A program made the translations under genes and the position numbers. The notes below the pieces were generated by a model. The model was given only the letters and a program-made list of their open reading frames with translations, made no database searches and was not told the origin of the DNA. Below, one piece after another: positions 20,126-29,483 of a DNA stretch of 64,000 bases. The DNA is from an uncultured Eubacteriales bacterium. Lineage in GTDB: Bacteria > Bacillota > Clostridia > Oscillospirales > CAG-272. Position 1 is the stretch's first letter. Each line of letters begins with the position of its first letter. The stretch is taken from NCBI GenBank assembly GCA_900549725.1, contig URPL01000002.1, positions 17,077-81,076 on the forward strand, in the 5' to 3' direction.

Positions 20126-22048
20126 ATGGCAATCGAAAACGAGAAAAATGTTTATACAGATGATCAAATTCAGGTGCTGGAGGGGCTGGAAGCCGTCAGA
20201 AAGCGCCCGGGTATGTATATCGGCACGACCTCTGCGGGCGGGCTGCATCATCTGATTTATGAGATTGTGGATAATTCGATTGATGAGGCCATGGCGGGCG
20301 CATGTGATTTGATCACGGTGCGGCTGCATACGGACGGTTCCGTTTCCGTACAGGACGACGGGCGCGGCGTGCCGGGCGGCATCCATGCAAAAATGAAAAT
20401 TCCGACCCTTGAGGTTGTTTTCACCGTGCTGCATGCAGGCGGTAAATTCGGCGGGCAGGGATATAAAATTTCGGGGGGGCTTCACGGTGTGGGCGCTTCC
20501 GTTGTCAATGCTTTGTCCGAATGGATGGAAGTTGTCAACTGCAATGAGGGAAAAAAATACACGGAGCGCTTTGAAAAGGGTCATGTGACAAGAGCGTTCC
20601 GCTGCGAGGGAGATACGACGGAGCACGGGCTTTATGTCCGCTTTAAACCGGATGCCACAATTTTTGAAACCGTGGAATTTGATCATGATGTCGTCCGCAC
20701 GCGCCTGAGAGAACAGGCATTTCTCAATGCCGGTGTAAAGCTGCGCCTGATCGATGAGCGCGAAGAGACGCCCGAAGAAGAAGATTTTTGCTATGAGGGC
20801 GGCATTGCTTCTTTTGTTTCCTATCTGAATGCGCAAAAGCATTGCGCCCTGGTGCATCCCGATGTCATCTGGGTTAAGGGCTCCAAGGGAGATATGACGG
20901 CGGAAATTGCCATTCAGTACAATGACAGCTATAACGAAACGGTCGTCACCTTCGCAAATAATATGAGCACCGTAGAGGGCGGCACGCATGAAACTGGCTT
21001 CCGCTTGGCGCTGACCAATGCGCTCAATACCTATGCGCGCAAATGGAAATTTCTCAAGGATAAAGATAAAAATCTTTCCGGAGAGGATGTCAGAGAGGGC
21101 ATCTGCGCGGTGATTTCCGTAAAGCTTCCGGATGCGCAGTTTGAAAGTCAGACAAAGGCCAAGCTTGGAAATTCCGAGGTGAGAACCTTTGTGAATAATC
21201 TGCTCAGCGCAAAGCTGGAAGAATATTTGGAAGAAAATCCGAGCGTAGGCAAGGCAATTCTTGATAAAGCTTTGGCTGCCTCCCGCGCAAGAGAGGCGGC
21301 AAGAAAAGCAAGAGAGCAATCCCGCAAAAGCGTGCTGGACAGTTCCTCTACGCTGCCCGGCAAGCTTTCCGATTGCCAGGAAAAAAGAACGGATCTGACC
21401 GAGATCTTCATTGTAGAGGGAGATAGTGCAGGAGGCTCCGCCAAAGACGGGCGCGACAGCCGCTTTCAGGCAATTCTTCCTCTGCGCGGCAAGGTGCTCA
21501 ATGTGGAAAAGACCCGCATTGATAAAGTGTATTCCAATCCTTCCATAACACCGATTATTCAGGCGCTGGGCTGCGGTATCGGGGAGGACTTTGATATTGA
21601 AAAGCTGCGCTACGGAAAAATCATCATCATGGCGGATGCCGATGTGGACGGCGCGCATATTCAAATTCTGCTTTTGACCTTCTTTTATCGCTATATGAAG
21701 CGGCTGATCGAAGAGGGGCATGTCTATCTTGCGCAGCCTCCGCTTTATAAGGTTTTTAAGGGCAAGCAGCAGCGCTATGCTTTTTCCGATGCGGAAAGAG
21801 ATAAATATATCGCCGAGCTCGGCGGAGAAAAGGTGGAAGCCGAGCGGTATAAAGGTCTTGGCGAAATGGATAAAGAGCAGCTTTGGGAAACCACGATGGA
21901 TCCGACCTGCCGCACGATTCTGCGCGTGACGGTGAATGATGCCATCAAAGCAGACGAGACCTTCTCCGTTTTGATGGGAGACTGCGTGGAGCCGCGCCGC
22001 GCCTTTATTGAAGAAAATGCAAAATATGCGGAGAATCTGGACATCTGA
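20126..22048 (+). CDS. gyrB: DNA gyrase subunit B
   Basis: LEGLEAVRKRPGMYIGT, the GHKL ATPase, the Toprim motifs EGDSAGG and IMADADVDGAHI, and a C-terminal NLDI are present. Confidence 0.97.
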   Translation: MAIENEKNVYTDDQIQVLEGLEAVRKRPGMYIGTTSAGGLHHLIYEIVDNSIDEAMAGACDLITVRLHTDGSVSVQDDGRGVPGGIHAKMKIPTLEVVFTVLHAGGKFGGQGYKISGGLHGVGASVVNALSEWMEVVNCNEGKKYTERFEKGHVTRAFRCEGDTTEHGLYVRFKPDATIFETVEFDHDVVRTRLREQAFLNAGVKLRLIDEREETPEEEDFCYEGGIASFVSYLNAQKHCALVHPDVIWVKGSKGDMTAEIAIQYNDSYNETVVTFANNMSTVEGGTHETGFRLALTNALNTYARKWKFLKDKDKNLSGEDVREGICAVISVKLPDAQFESQTKAKLGNSEVRTFVNNLLSAKLEEYLEENPSVGKAILDKALAASRAREAARKAREQSRKSVLDSSSTLPGKLSDCQEKRTDLTEIFIVEGDSAGGSAKDGRDSRFQAILPLRGKVLNVEKTRIDKVYSNPSITPIIQALGCGIGEDFDIEKLRYGKIIIMADADVDGAHIQILLLTFFYRYMKRLIEEGHVYLAQPPLYKVFKGKQQRYAFSDAERDKYIAELGGEKVEAERYKGLGEMDKEQLWETTMDPTCRTILRVTVNDAIKADETFSVLMGDCVEPRRAFIEENAKYAENLDI

Positions 22049-22077
22049 TTTTCACGACTTTTGCGGAGGACGAGGCT

Positions 22078-23037
22078 TTGAGATATGCAACACTTACGCT
22101 TAACCCCTGCCTTGACCACCTGATTGCCCTTGAAACGAGCTTTCAGCCGGGTGCGCTGCATCGGTTTGACAGCACGACGCTTTTGGCAGGCGGAAAGGGA
22201 GTGAATGTGTCAAGAATGCTGCAATGGCTCGGCGCAAAAAGTGATGCGTTCGGCTTTTGCGGCGGACAAACGGGGGAACTGCTTTGCTCCATTTTGAAAA
22301 AAGAGGGCATTGCACAGCGCTTTACAAAAACAAAGGCGCAAACGCGCCTGTGTGTAAAATTTACCGATGCCGACGGCATCTGTTCGGAGCTTAACGCAAA
22401 GGGAGGGCCGATCGGCAGGGCTGAATTTTCCGCGCTGCTTTCCGATATGTCGGATTATCTGCTGAAAAAAAACAAAGAGGAAGAGCCTACCACCGTATTT
22501 TTGTGCGGCAGCGTGCCGCGCGGCATTTCGCAGGAGGTCTATGCCGACCTTATTCTCTTTTTTGACGAGAAGCGTGTAAAAAATCTGCGATTTGTGCTGG
22601 ATGCGGATGCCGGTGCGCTTTCGGCGGGGCTTTCCAAGCGGCCGTATTTGGTTAAGCCAAACCGCGCGGAGCTTTCTTCCGTGCTCGGCTTTACCGTGGA
22701 CAGCGCGCAAACGGCGCTGTATGCCGCAAAGCGCATTTATGAAGAATACGGCACGCGCGTATGCGTTACGCTGGGGGCGGAGGGCTCTCTTTATGTCGGA
22801 GATGAGGGCACCTATCTTGTCAATGCGCCTGCCGCCGTTTTGCGAGGCTTTGTGGGCGCGGGAGATGTGTATCTTGCAACGCTTGTTTATTCCATGGATC
22901 AAAAGCTTCCGATGGAGGAATGCCTTTGCCGCGCAGCTTCCATGGCAGGGGCAAAGGTGCAGTCGCGCAATGCCGTTCCGCCCTCCGAAGAAACGGTGGA
23001 GGAGATTGCGGCGCGTGTACAGGTGAAAAAAATATAA
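22078..23037 (+). CDS. PfkB-family carbohydrate kinase (1-phosphofructokinase / tagatose-6-P kinase type)
   Basis: The TTG start follows GGAGGA. The N-terminus TLTLNPCLDH...AGGKGVNVSRML...GFCGG and the C-terminal GAGD motif (VGAGDVYLA) are present. Confidence 0.8.
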   Translation: MRYATLTLNPCLDHLIALETSFQPGALHRFDSTTLLAGGKGVNVSRMLQWLGAKSDAFGFCGGQTGELLCSILKKEGIAQRFTKTKAQTRLCVKFTDADGICSELNAKGGPIGRAEFSALLSDMSDYLLKKNKEEEPTTVFLCGSVPRGISQEVYADLILFFDEKRVKNLRFVLDADAGALSAGLSKRPYLVKPNRAELSSVLGFTVDSAQTALYAAKRIYEEYGTRVCVTLGAEGSLYVGDEGTYLVNAPAAVLRGFVGAGDVYLATLVYSMDQKLPMEECLCRAASMAGAKVQSRNAVPPSEETVEEIAARVQVKKI

Positions 23038-23090
23038 TGGTTTTGCGCAAGCGGATGACGAAAGTATAAAGAAAGGATTCATCTTTCAAA

Positions 23091-25685
23091 ATGGATAACA
23101 AACAGGACATTACCTTTGCCGATCAAAAGATCGTGCCGGTACAAATCGAAAAAAATGTGCAGAAATCGTTCATTGAATATGCAATGAGCGTAATTGTCTC
23201 CCGCGCACTTCCCGATGTGCGCGACGGGCTGAAGCCGGTGCATCGCCGCATTCTGTATGCGATGTACGGCGATAATCTGACCTATGATAAGCCGTTTCGC
23301 AAGAGCGCGACGACGGTCGGTAATGTGCTGGGTAAATATCATCCACACGGCGACAGCGCCGTATATGATTCCATGGTGCGCTTGGCGCAGGATTTTTCTA
23401 TGCGCTATCCTCTGATCGAGGGGCACGGAAACTTCGGTAACGTCGACGGCGACAGCGCTGCGGCATATCGTTATACCGAGGCGCGCATGGCAAAAATGGC
23501 GAATGAAATGCTGGCGGATATTAAAAAGAATGTCGTCGATTTCACGCCGAACTTTGATAACAAATTAAAAGAGCCTGTGGTTCTGCCCTCTCGTTTTCCG
23601 AATATTCTGGTCAACGGCTCTATCGGGATTGCCGTCGGCATGGCGACGAACATTCCACCGCATAACCTTTGCGAGGTGATTGACGGCACGATTTTTTATA
23701 TGGAGCATCCCGATGCTACCGTTGCCGATGTGATGCAATATATCAAGGGCCCGGATTTTCCGACCCGCGCCACCATTTACGGCACCGCGGGTGTTCATGC
23801 CGCCTATGCAAGTGGAAAAGGCCATATCACCGTGCGTGCAAAAGCGGAGGTGCAGCAGGAGCATCACCGCATTATCATCACCGAGATTCCATATATGGTC
23901 AATAAGAGCCAGCTCGTGAAATCCATGGCGGATCTGGTCAAGGAAAAGCGCGTGGAGGGCATTACCGAAATTCGCGATGAAAGCGGCCGTGCCGGAATGC
24001 GCATCGTTGTGGAATTTCGCCGCGACACCAACGGGCAGGTCATTCTCAATCAGCTGTATAAATTTACGCAGCTGCAGGATACCTGTGCGGTGAATATGAT
24101 TGCGCTTGTGGACAATCAGCCAAAGCTTCTCGGCTTGCTTGACATTCTGCGCTATTATATCGCGCATCAGCAGGATGTGATCTCCCGCCGTGTGCGCTTT
24201 GATTTGGATGAGGCGCTGCGCCGCGCACATATTCTGGAGGGGCAGAAAATCGCAATCGACTTTATCGATGAGGTTATTGCGCTCATCCGCGCAAGCCAAA
24301 GCGTTGTGGATGCCCGCGACGGGCTTATGGAGCGCTTCGGGCTGAGCGAAGCGCAGGCGCAGGCAATTGTGGAAATGACGCTCGGCAAGCTTGCAGGGCT
24401 CGAACGCATTAAAATCGAAGAAGAGCTTGCGGAAAAGAAGAAACTCATTGAGGAGCTGCGCGCAATTCTTGCAGATGAGGGGCGCATTCACAATATTATT
24501 AAAGAGGAAATGCTGGAGATCAAGCGCCGATTCGGGGATGAACGCCGCACGGAGATCTGCGAGGCGGAAAATGAAATTCTTTTGGAGGATCTCATTGAGC
24601 GCCATTCCTGCGTGGTGACCCTGAGCCATGCCGGCTATATCAAGCGCCAGCCCGTGGATACGTATTCCGCGCAGCGCCGCGGCGGCAAGGGCATCATCGG
24701 CATGGGCACCAAGGATGAGGACTATGTGGAGAGCGTTTATGTGGTCAACAGCCATTCCTTCCTGCTCTTCTTCACAAATTTCGGGCGCGTTTATGTGAAA
24801 AAGGCATATACACTGCCGCAGGCGGGACGCACCGCAAAGGGCACGAACCTTGTGAATATTCTGGAGATGATGCAAGGCGAGAGCGTCACGGCGGTGGTCG
24901 CGCTGGATGAATTCTCCGAAGAGGAATATTTGATGATGGTGACAGAGCGCGGCGTTTGCAAGCGCACGCGCATCAAGGAATTTGAATATCAGCGCCGCGG
25001 CGGCAAAATTGCAATTTCCCTGGATGAGGGAGACGCGCTGACCTATGTGCGCCGCACCGTGGGCGACGATGAACTCATCATCGCAACCAAACAGGGTCGC
25101 TGCACGCGCTTTGCAGAGACCGAGGCGCGCATTATGGGTCGTACGGCACGCGGTGTGCGCGCAATGCGCCTTGCCCAGGGAGATACCATTTGCGGCGTTT
25201 GCGTGGTGGATGATACAAAGACGCTGCTCACCGTAACCGAAAGCGGATACGGCAAGCGTACGGAATTTTCCGAGTATTCTGCGCACAGCCGCGGCGGCAA
25301 GGGCTTTGCCGTTGCCAATCTGACGGAAAAGACCGGGCTTTTGGCGGGCATTGCAGCCGCCGGCGAGGACGACGATGTGATGATGATCACCAATGAGGGC
25401 ATGCTTGTGCGCACTCCCGCGCAGCAGATCCGCCTGTGCGGCCGCGTCAGCCAGGGCGTCATTGTCATGCGTCTTGCACCCGGGCAGAGCATTGTGAATA
25501 TTGCACTTGTCCCAGAGGAAGAAAAAGAGGAAGACGACATGGCGGCGCCACAGGACGATTCCGTTCTTTACAGTCCCGCCGATGAGGGCGCGCAGGCGGC
25601 GCCGGAAGGGGTTTTGGCTGCCTCGGAGGCAGCAGATCGCATGATCGCGCATGCAAAAGAAATCGAAGACGGGGCAAACGAGTAA
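23091..25685 (+). CDS. gyrA: DNA gyrase subunit A
   Basis: [17 protein letters not shown], the QRDR-like region [14 protein letters not shown], the active-site [10 protein letters not shown] and C-terminal beta-pinwheel repeats are present. An acidic tail follows. Confidence 0.97.
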   Translation: MDNKQDITFADQKIVPVQIEKNVQKSFIEYAMSVIVSRALPDVRDGLKPVHRRILYAMYGDNLTYDKPFRKSATTVGNVLGKYHPHGDSAVYDSMVRLAQDFSMRYPLIEGHGNFGNVDGDSAAAYRYTEARMAKMANEMLADIKKNVVDFTPNFDNKLKEPVVLPSRFPNILVNGSIGIAVGMATNIPPHNLCEVIDGTIFYMEHPDATVADVMQYIKGPDFPTRATIYGTAGVHAAYASGKGHITVRAKAEVQQEHHRIIITEIPYMVNKSQLVKSMADLVKEKRVEGITEIRDESGRAGMRIVVEFRRDTNGQVILNQLYKFTQLQDTCAVNMIALVDNQPKLLGLLDILRYYIAHQQDVISRRVRFDLDEALRRAHILEGQKIAIDFIDEVIALIRASQSVVDARDGLMERFGLSEAQAQAIVEMTLGKLAGLERIKIEEELAEKKKLIEELRAILADEGRIHNIIKEEMLEIKRRFGDERRTEICEAENEILLEDLIERHSCVVTLSHAGYIKRQPVDTYSAQRRGGKGIIGMGTKDEDYVESVYVVNSHSFLLFFTNFGRVYVKKAYTLPQAGRTAKGTNLVNILEMMQGESVTAVVALDEFSEEEYLMMVTERGVCKRTRIKEFEYQRRGGKIAISLDEGDALTYVRRTVGDDELIIATKQGRCTRFAETEARIMGRTARGVRAMRLAQGDTICGVCVVDDTKTLLTVTESGYGKRTEFSEYSAHSRGGKGFAVANLTEKTGLLAGIAAAGEDDDVMMITNEGMLVRTPAQQIRLCGRVSQGVIVMRLAPGQSIVNIALVPEEEKEEDDMAAPQDDSVLYSPADEGAQAAPEGVLAASEAADRMIAHAKEIEDGANE

Positions 25686-25689
25686 TACC

Positions 25690-26706
25690 ATGGAAAAAAC
25701 GCTGACCCTTTTGGCAATTGAATCTTCCTGTGATGAAACGGCGGTTGCAGTTGTCCGGCGGGAAGAGAACGGCACTTTGCGGGCGCTGTCAAATGAAGTC
25801 AATTCGCAGATTCCGCTGCATGCCCGCTATGGAGGGGTTGTGCCCGAAATTGCCTCCCGCGCCCATGCGGAAGCCATTTCAGCGCTGTGCACAAAGGCAT
25901 TGCAAACGGCGGGCGTGCAGCCGGACGGCGTCTGCGTAACAAGTCATCCCGGGCTGATCGGGGCGCTGCTGGTCGGAGTGAATTTTGCAAAAGGCTATGC
26001 CTTTGCAAACGATCTTCCCCTTTGCGAAGTGGATCATATCAAGGGGCACATTGCCGCCTCCTATTTTCTGCCCGAGCCTCCAAGGCCCCCCTTTTTGGCG
26101 CTGGTTGCCTCCGGCGGGCACACCTCTTTGATTTATGTGCGCGATTATACCCGGTTTGAAACCGTCGGCAGCACAAGAGATGATGCCATCGGCGAGGGGT
26201 TTGATAAGGTCGCCCGCGTGATGGGCATCCCCTATCCGGGCGGCGCCGAAATGGACCGCCTTGCGCATGCGGGCAATGCCGATGCCTATGCGTTCCCGAG
26301 CGCGGCAATTCATGACGACAGCCTTGATTTTTCGTTTTCCGGGCTCAAGACCGCGGTGATCAATCAGCTGCATCGTTGTGAGCAAAAGGGCGAGCCCTAT
26401 CAAAAGGAGGATGTAGCAGCTTCCTTTACCCGCGTGGTTTGCGAAAGTGTGTGCAAAAAAACGCTTGCGGCGCTGCGACGCTACGGGCTTTCAGGCTTTG
26501 TGCTGTGCGGCGGGGTCGCCGCCAATTCTCACCTGCGGCAGGCACTCGGAGCGCTGTGCGCGCAGGAAAACGTTCGGTTTTTCGTGCCGGAACGGGCGCT
26601 TTGCGGCGATAATGCCGCCATGATCGGCGCGCAGGGAATTTATGAATTTTCAGCGGGCAAGCGCGCGGGAACCGACCTTAACGCAAGCGCATCCGATGCG
26701 ATCTGA
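25690..26706 (+). CDS. tsaD: tRNA N6-adenosine threonylcarbamoyltransferase TsaD
   Basis: The motifs LAIESSCDETAVAVV, HIKGHI and CGGVAANSHLR are present. The ATG at 25690 (MEKTLTLL) is in frame with the track ORF starting at 25651. Confidence 0.93.
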   Translation: MEKTLTLLAIESSCDETAVAVVRREENGTLRALSNEVNSQIPLHARYGGVVPEIASRAHAEAISALCTKALQTAGVQPDGVCVTSHPGLIGALLVGVNFAKGYAFANDLPLCEVDHIKGHIAASYFLPEPPRPPFLALVASGGHTSLIYVRDYTRFETVGSTRDDAIGEGFDKVARVMGIPYPGGAEMDRLAHAGNADAYAFPSAAIHDDSLDFSFSGLKTAVINQLHRCEQKGEPYQKEDVAASFTRVVCESVCKKTLAALRRYGLSGFVLCGGVAANSHLRQALGALCAQENVRFFVPERALCGDNAAMIGAQGIYEFSAGKRAGTDLNASASDAI

Positions 26707-26850
26707 GCACAAAAACCACAAACGGTTTTGAGAAAACCGCCGCGCCTTTGCATGGAAGAAGAAGGCGAAAATTTGTGCCGAAATCGCTCCGTGCCCCGTA
26801 GAAAAAAGCGGTACAAAGCACCGAAAACGGCAGATAATTTCCGCTTTCGG

Positions 26851-26967
26851 TTTTCCACAAACTGTGGGAAAGACTGTGGATAAAACAGAATAAAAACGAG
26901 AAAATCCCGATAAATCAAGGAAATTTTGCCGCAAAGCTGTGGAAAACCGTGTGGATACTGTGGAATA
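26851..26967. promoter_or_regulatory. DnaA-box cluster (six 9-mers in 117 bp), followed by an AT-rich tract at 27008-27050
   Basis: Six 9-mers are present (mismatches counted against TTATCCACA): TTTTCCACA 26851-26859 (1 mismatch); TGTGGGAAA 26863-26871 (2); TGTGGATAA 26875-26883 (perfect reverse complement of the consensus); TGTGGAAAA 26938-26946 (1); TGTGGATAC 26950-26958 (1); TGTGGAATA 26959-26967 (2). Confidence 0.6.
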
Positions 26968-27116
26968 CCGACCTGTTTTTCCGCAAAAGGGGAAATTGCT
27001 TCATGCTTTGTTCTTAAATTCTTAAAAATATTTTAGAAATCAATTTTGTAGTCCCTGCTCCTCGTCGCCTCTTGGACGAACGGGCAAACAATATAGAATC
27101 GTTTGGGAGGTTTTGT

Positions 27117-28292
27117 ATGATGAAACAGAATTACGACGCACAAATCGAAGCCGCAGCCGCACACTTTAAAGAGGTGCTGCGCTCTCAGCTTGCCCGCAAT
27201 GAAAAGATTGAAGCAGCTGGCGATTTTATCGAGTATGATAAGCTGCCCTGCCTTGTGATCGGCGTTTGCGGCGGCGACGGAATCGGCCCGATGATCACAA
27301 AGAGCGCCGAGACGGTTTTACGCCGTATGCTGGCGCAGGAAATTGCAAGCGGCAAGGTTTGCATCAAAGAAATTAACGGGCTGACGATTGAAAACCGCGT
27401 TGCGCATATGCAAGCGATTCCGGATGAGGTGATGGAAGAGCTGAAGGCTTGCCATGTGATTTTGAAGGGCCCGACGACTACGCCGCGCGCGGGCGACCCC
27501 TGGCCCAATATCGAAAGCGCGAATGTTGCAATGCGCAAAGCACTGGATCTGTTTGCAAATGTGCGGCCTGTGAAGGTTCCCTCCGAGGGCATCGACTGGA
27601 CCTTCTTCCGCGAAAATACCGAGGGCTCTTATGCGGTCGGTTCGCAGGGGGTCAATGTTACGCCGAGCCTTGGGGTCGATTTTTGCGTGACCACCACCGA
27701 GGGTACCAACCGCATTGCGCGCCTTGCCTATGAATTTGCAAGAAAAAATCATAAGGATCATGTCAGCATTGTCACCAAGGCGAATATTATCAAAACTACC
27801 GACGGTAAATTTTTAAATCTGTGCGAGCAGATGGCAAAGGAGTATCCCGAAATCCGCACCACGGAATGGTTTATCGACATTATGACGGCAAAGCTTGTGG
27901 ACCGCAAGCGCCGCACCGATTTCAAGGTCTTTATTTTGCCCAATCTTTACGGGGATATTATCACGGATGAAGCTGCCGAGTTCCAGGGCGGCGTCGGTAC
28001 GGCGGGCAGCGCCAATATCGGCAAAAAATATGCAATGTTTGAGGCGATTCACGGCTCCGCGCCGCGCATGGTCACCGAGGGGCGCGCCGAATATGCCGAC
28101 CCGTGCTCCATGCTCCGTGCAACGGTGATGATGCTTTCCCATGTCGGATATACCGAAAAGGCGGATAGGCTTGAACGCGCTTTGGATAAATGCATGTTTG
28201 AAGAAAAAAAGCTTGTTATGACCGGCCGCGATACAGGCGCCACCTGTGCCGAGTTTACGGAATATGTCATGCAGACGCTGGAAACTCTGTAA
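27117..28292 (+). CDS. Isocitrate/isopropylmalate dehydrogenase family protein (probably NAD(P)-isocitrate dehydrogenase)
   Basis: GGGAGG lies 6 nt before the ATG at 27117. The motifs GDGIGP and NLYGDIITDEAAEFQGGVGTAGSANIG are typical of the beta-decarboxylating dehydrogenase family. Confidence 0.8.
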   Translation: MMKQNYDAQIEAAAAHFKEVLRSQLARNEKIEAAGDFIEYDKLPCLVIGVCGGDGIGPMITKSAETVLRRMLAQEIASGKVCIKEINGLTIENRVAHMQAIPDEVMEELKACHVILKGPTTTPRAGDPWPNIESANVAMRKALDLFANVRPVKVPSEGIDWTFFRENTEGSYAVGSQGVNVTPSLGVDFCVTTTEGTNRIARLAYEFARKNHKDHVSIVTKANIIKTTDGKFLNLCEQMAKEYPEIRTTEWFIDIMTAKLVDRKRRTDFKVFILPNLYGDIITDEAAEFQGGVGTAGSANIGKKYAMFEAIHGSAPRMVTEGRAEYADPCSMLRATVMMLSHVGYTEKADRLERALDKCMFEEKKLVMTGRDTGATCAEFTEYVMQTLETL

Positions 28293-28406
28293 TCCTTTAG
28301 CGGATCTCTGATATGGATGCGCAGTGTTTGCGGGGGCAGAGCGTAAAAAGCGCACCGCAGACGCTGCGCCCGTTTTTCGAAACAATAGGAGGAATTACAC
28401 GGAACC

Positions 28407-29168
28407 ATGAGCATAGCCGAAAAGAAAAAACAGAAGAAACCGTCCCGGGCGGAAAGCAAAACCGAAGAAGGGGCTGCTTTTGCAGGGCAAAAATCACCGG
28501 AAACGGCGAAACCCTCCCCCCAGCCTGTGTCTTCTGCGGTGATCAACCGCCTGCCGCGATATTATCGCTATTTGGGGGACTTGCTCCAAAAAGAGGTCGG
28601 GCGCATTTCCTCAAGAGAACTTTCCGCAATGATGGGGGTAACCTCATCGCAGGTGCGGCAGGATTTTAACTGCTTCGGGGGGTTCGGACAGCAGGGCTAT
28701 GGCTACAATGTGAAATATCTCCATACGCAGATTGCCGAAATTCTCGGTGTAACCGACCATATGAGCGCCGTGATTGTCGGGGTCGGAAACCTCGGCAGGG
28801 CGCTGATCGGCTCCCCGATGTTCTCAAAGCGGAATGTGACAATCGTCGGTGTATTTGACCGCGACCCTGCCCTGATCGGTACGGTGCAGCAGGGCTATAC
28901 CGTGATGGATATTGCAACCGCCGAGACATTTCTGTCCGAGGTGGCGGTGGATATCGGCGTAATCACCGTGCCGCGTGCCGAAGCGGCTTCAACAGCGCTG
29001 CTGCTCTGTAAAAACGGCGTGCGCGGGCTTTGGAATTTTTCCAATACGGAAATGGATCAGAACACCCTCGGCGTTCCGATTGAAAATGTGCATATGGGCG
29101 ATTCGCTGATGAAACTGATGTTTTCTCTTACTCAACAAAAGGTTGTCTTCGGGTCAGATCTCGGCTGA
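28407..29168 (+). CDS. rex: Redox-sensing transcriptional repressor Rex (with about 45-aa Lys/Pro-rich N-terminal extension)
   Basis: RLPRYYRYL...ISSRELS...GVTSSQVRQDFNCFGGFGQQGYGYNV and the Rossmann motif VIVGVGNLGRAL are present. The last five codons and the stop lie inside repeat copy 1. Confidence 0.85.
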   Translation: MSIAEKKKQKKPSRAESKTEEGAAFAGQKSPETAKPSPQPVSSAVINRLPRYYRYLGDLLQKEVGRISSRELSAMMGVTSSQVRQDFNCFGGFGQQGYGYNVKYLHTQIAEILGVTDHMSAVIVGVGNLGRALIGSPMFSKRNVTIVGVFDRDPALIGTVQQGYTVMDIATAETFLSEVAVDIGVITVPRAEAASTALLLCKNGVRGLWNFSNTEMDQNTLGVPIENVHMGDSLMKLMFSLTQQKVVFGSDLG

Positions 29169-29360
29169 GGATATGTTCCAACCTCCACAAGGTTTATTTT
29201 GCCGCATGACGGCTTGCGGCAATTTTGCCTGCGGCAAAACCATAAAAAGCGGAACGCTATGTCCTACCATGGAGAACAAATTCCGTGCCCCTGACTTTAG
29301 GTTATAAATTGCCGGATGAGTTAGGGAGCACGGGGGATTCAGATCAGATCTCGGCTGAGG
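29154..29360 (+). repeat. Structured intergenic repeat element, copy 1 (core about 172 bp bracketed by 17-nt direct repeats TCAGATCTCGGCTGAGG)
   Basis: TCAGATCTCGGCTGAGG occurs at 29154-29170 and again at 29344-29360. The core between them is about 90% identical by hand alignment to the reverse complement of 49630-49800. It contains nested complementary segments, TTTTGCCGCA/TGCGGCAA/TTTTGCC/TGCGGCAAAA and CCGTGCCCC...GGGAGCACGG. Confidence 0.85.
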
Positions 29361-29483
29361 GGGGGCAATCTTTCTGTGCCTGGCATTGAGATTCCATTCG
29401 GTGTAACAAATCTTTTGAAATACCGTTCCTGTTGCCTCAAATAAGGAACGGAATACTCCAAAAAGGATGATAATCCTCGTGCG

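Noticed and set aside
26821-26854. The hairpin CCGAAAACGG...CCGCTTTCGG followed by TTTT, as the tsaD terminator or a small RNA.
   Set aside because: It is plausible as a weak terminator, but the stem has a mismatch. Its T-run is part of the first DnaA box, so I cannot separate the two interpretations. It is not listed as a feature.
29206-29307. A 33-aa Cys-containing ORF (MTACGNFACGKTIKSGTLCPTMENKFRAPDFRL) inside repeat copy 1. It could be a small peptide or toxin.
   Set aside because: In copy 2 the ATG is replaced by ATC (GCATCACGG). No in-frame start or RBS is conserved between the copies. The substitutions between copies do not follow a codon pattern.
29154-29360. The ~190-nt element as a 6S RNA, tmRNA or other single-copy housekeeping ncRNA.
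   Set aside because: It is present twice, has direct terminal repeats rather than complementary 5'/3' ends, and overlaps a coding 3' end. I recognise no tmRNA tag frame and no 6S-like closing stem with a central bubble.
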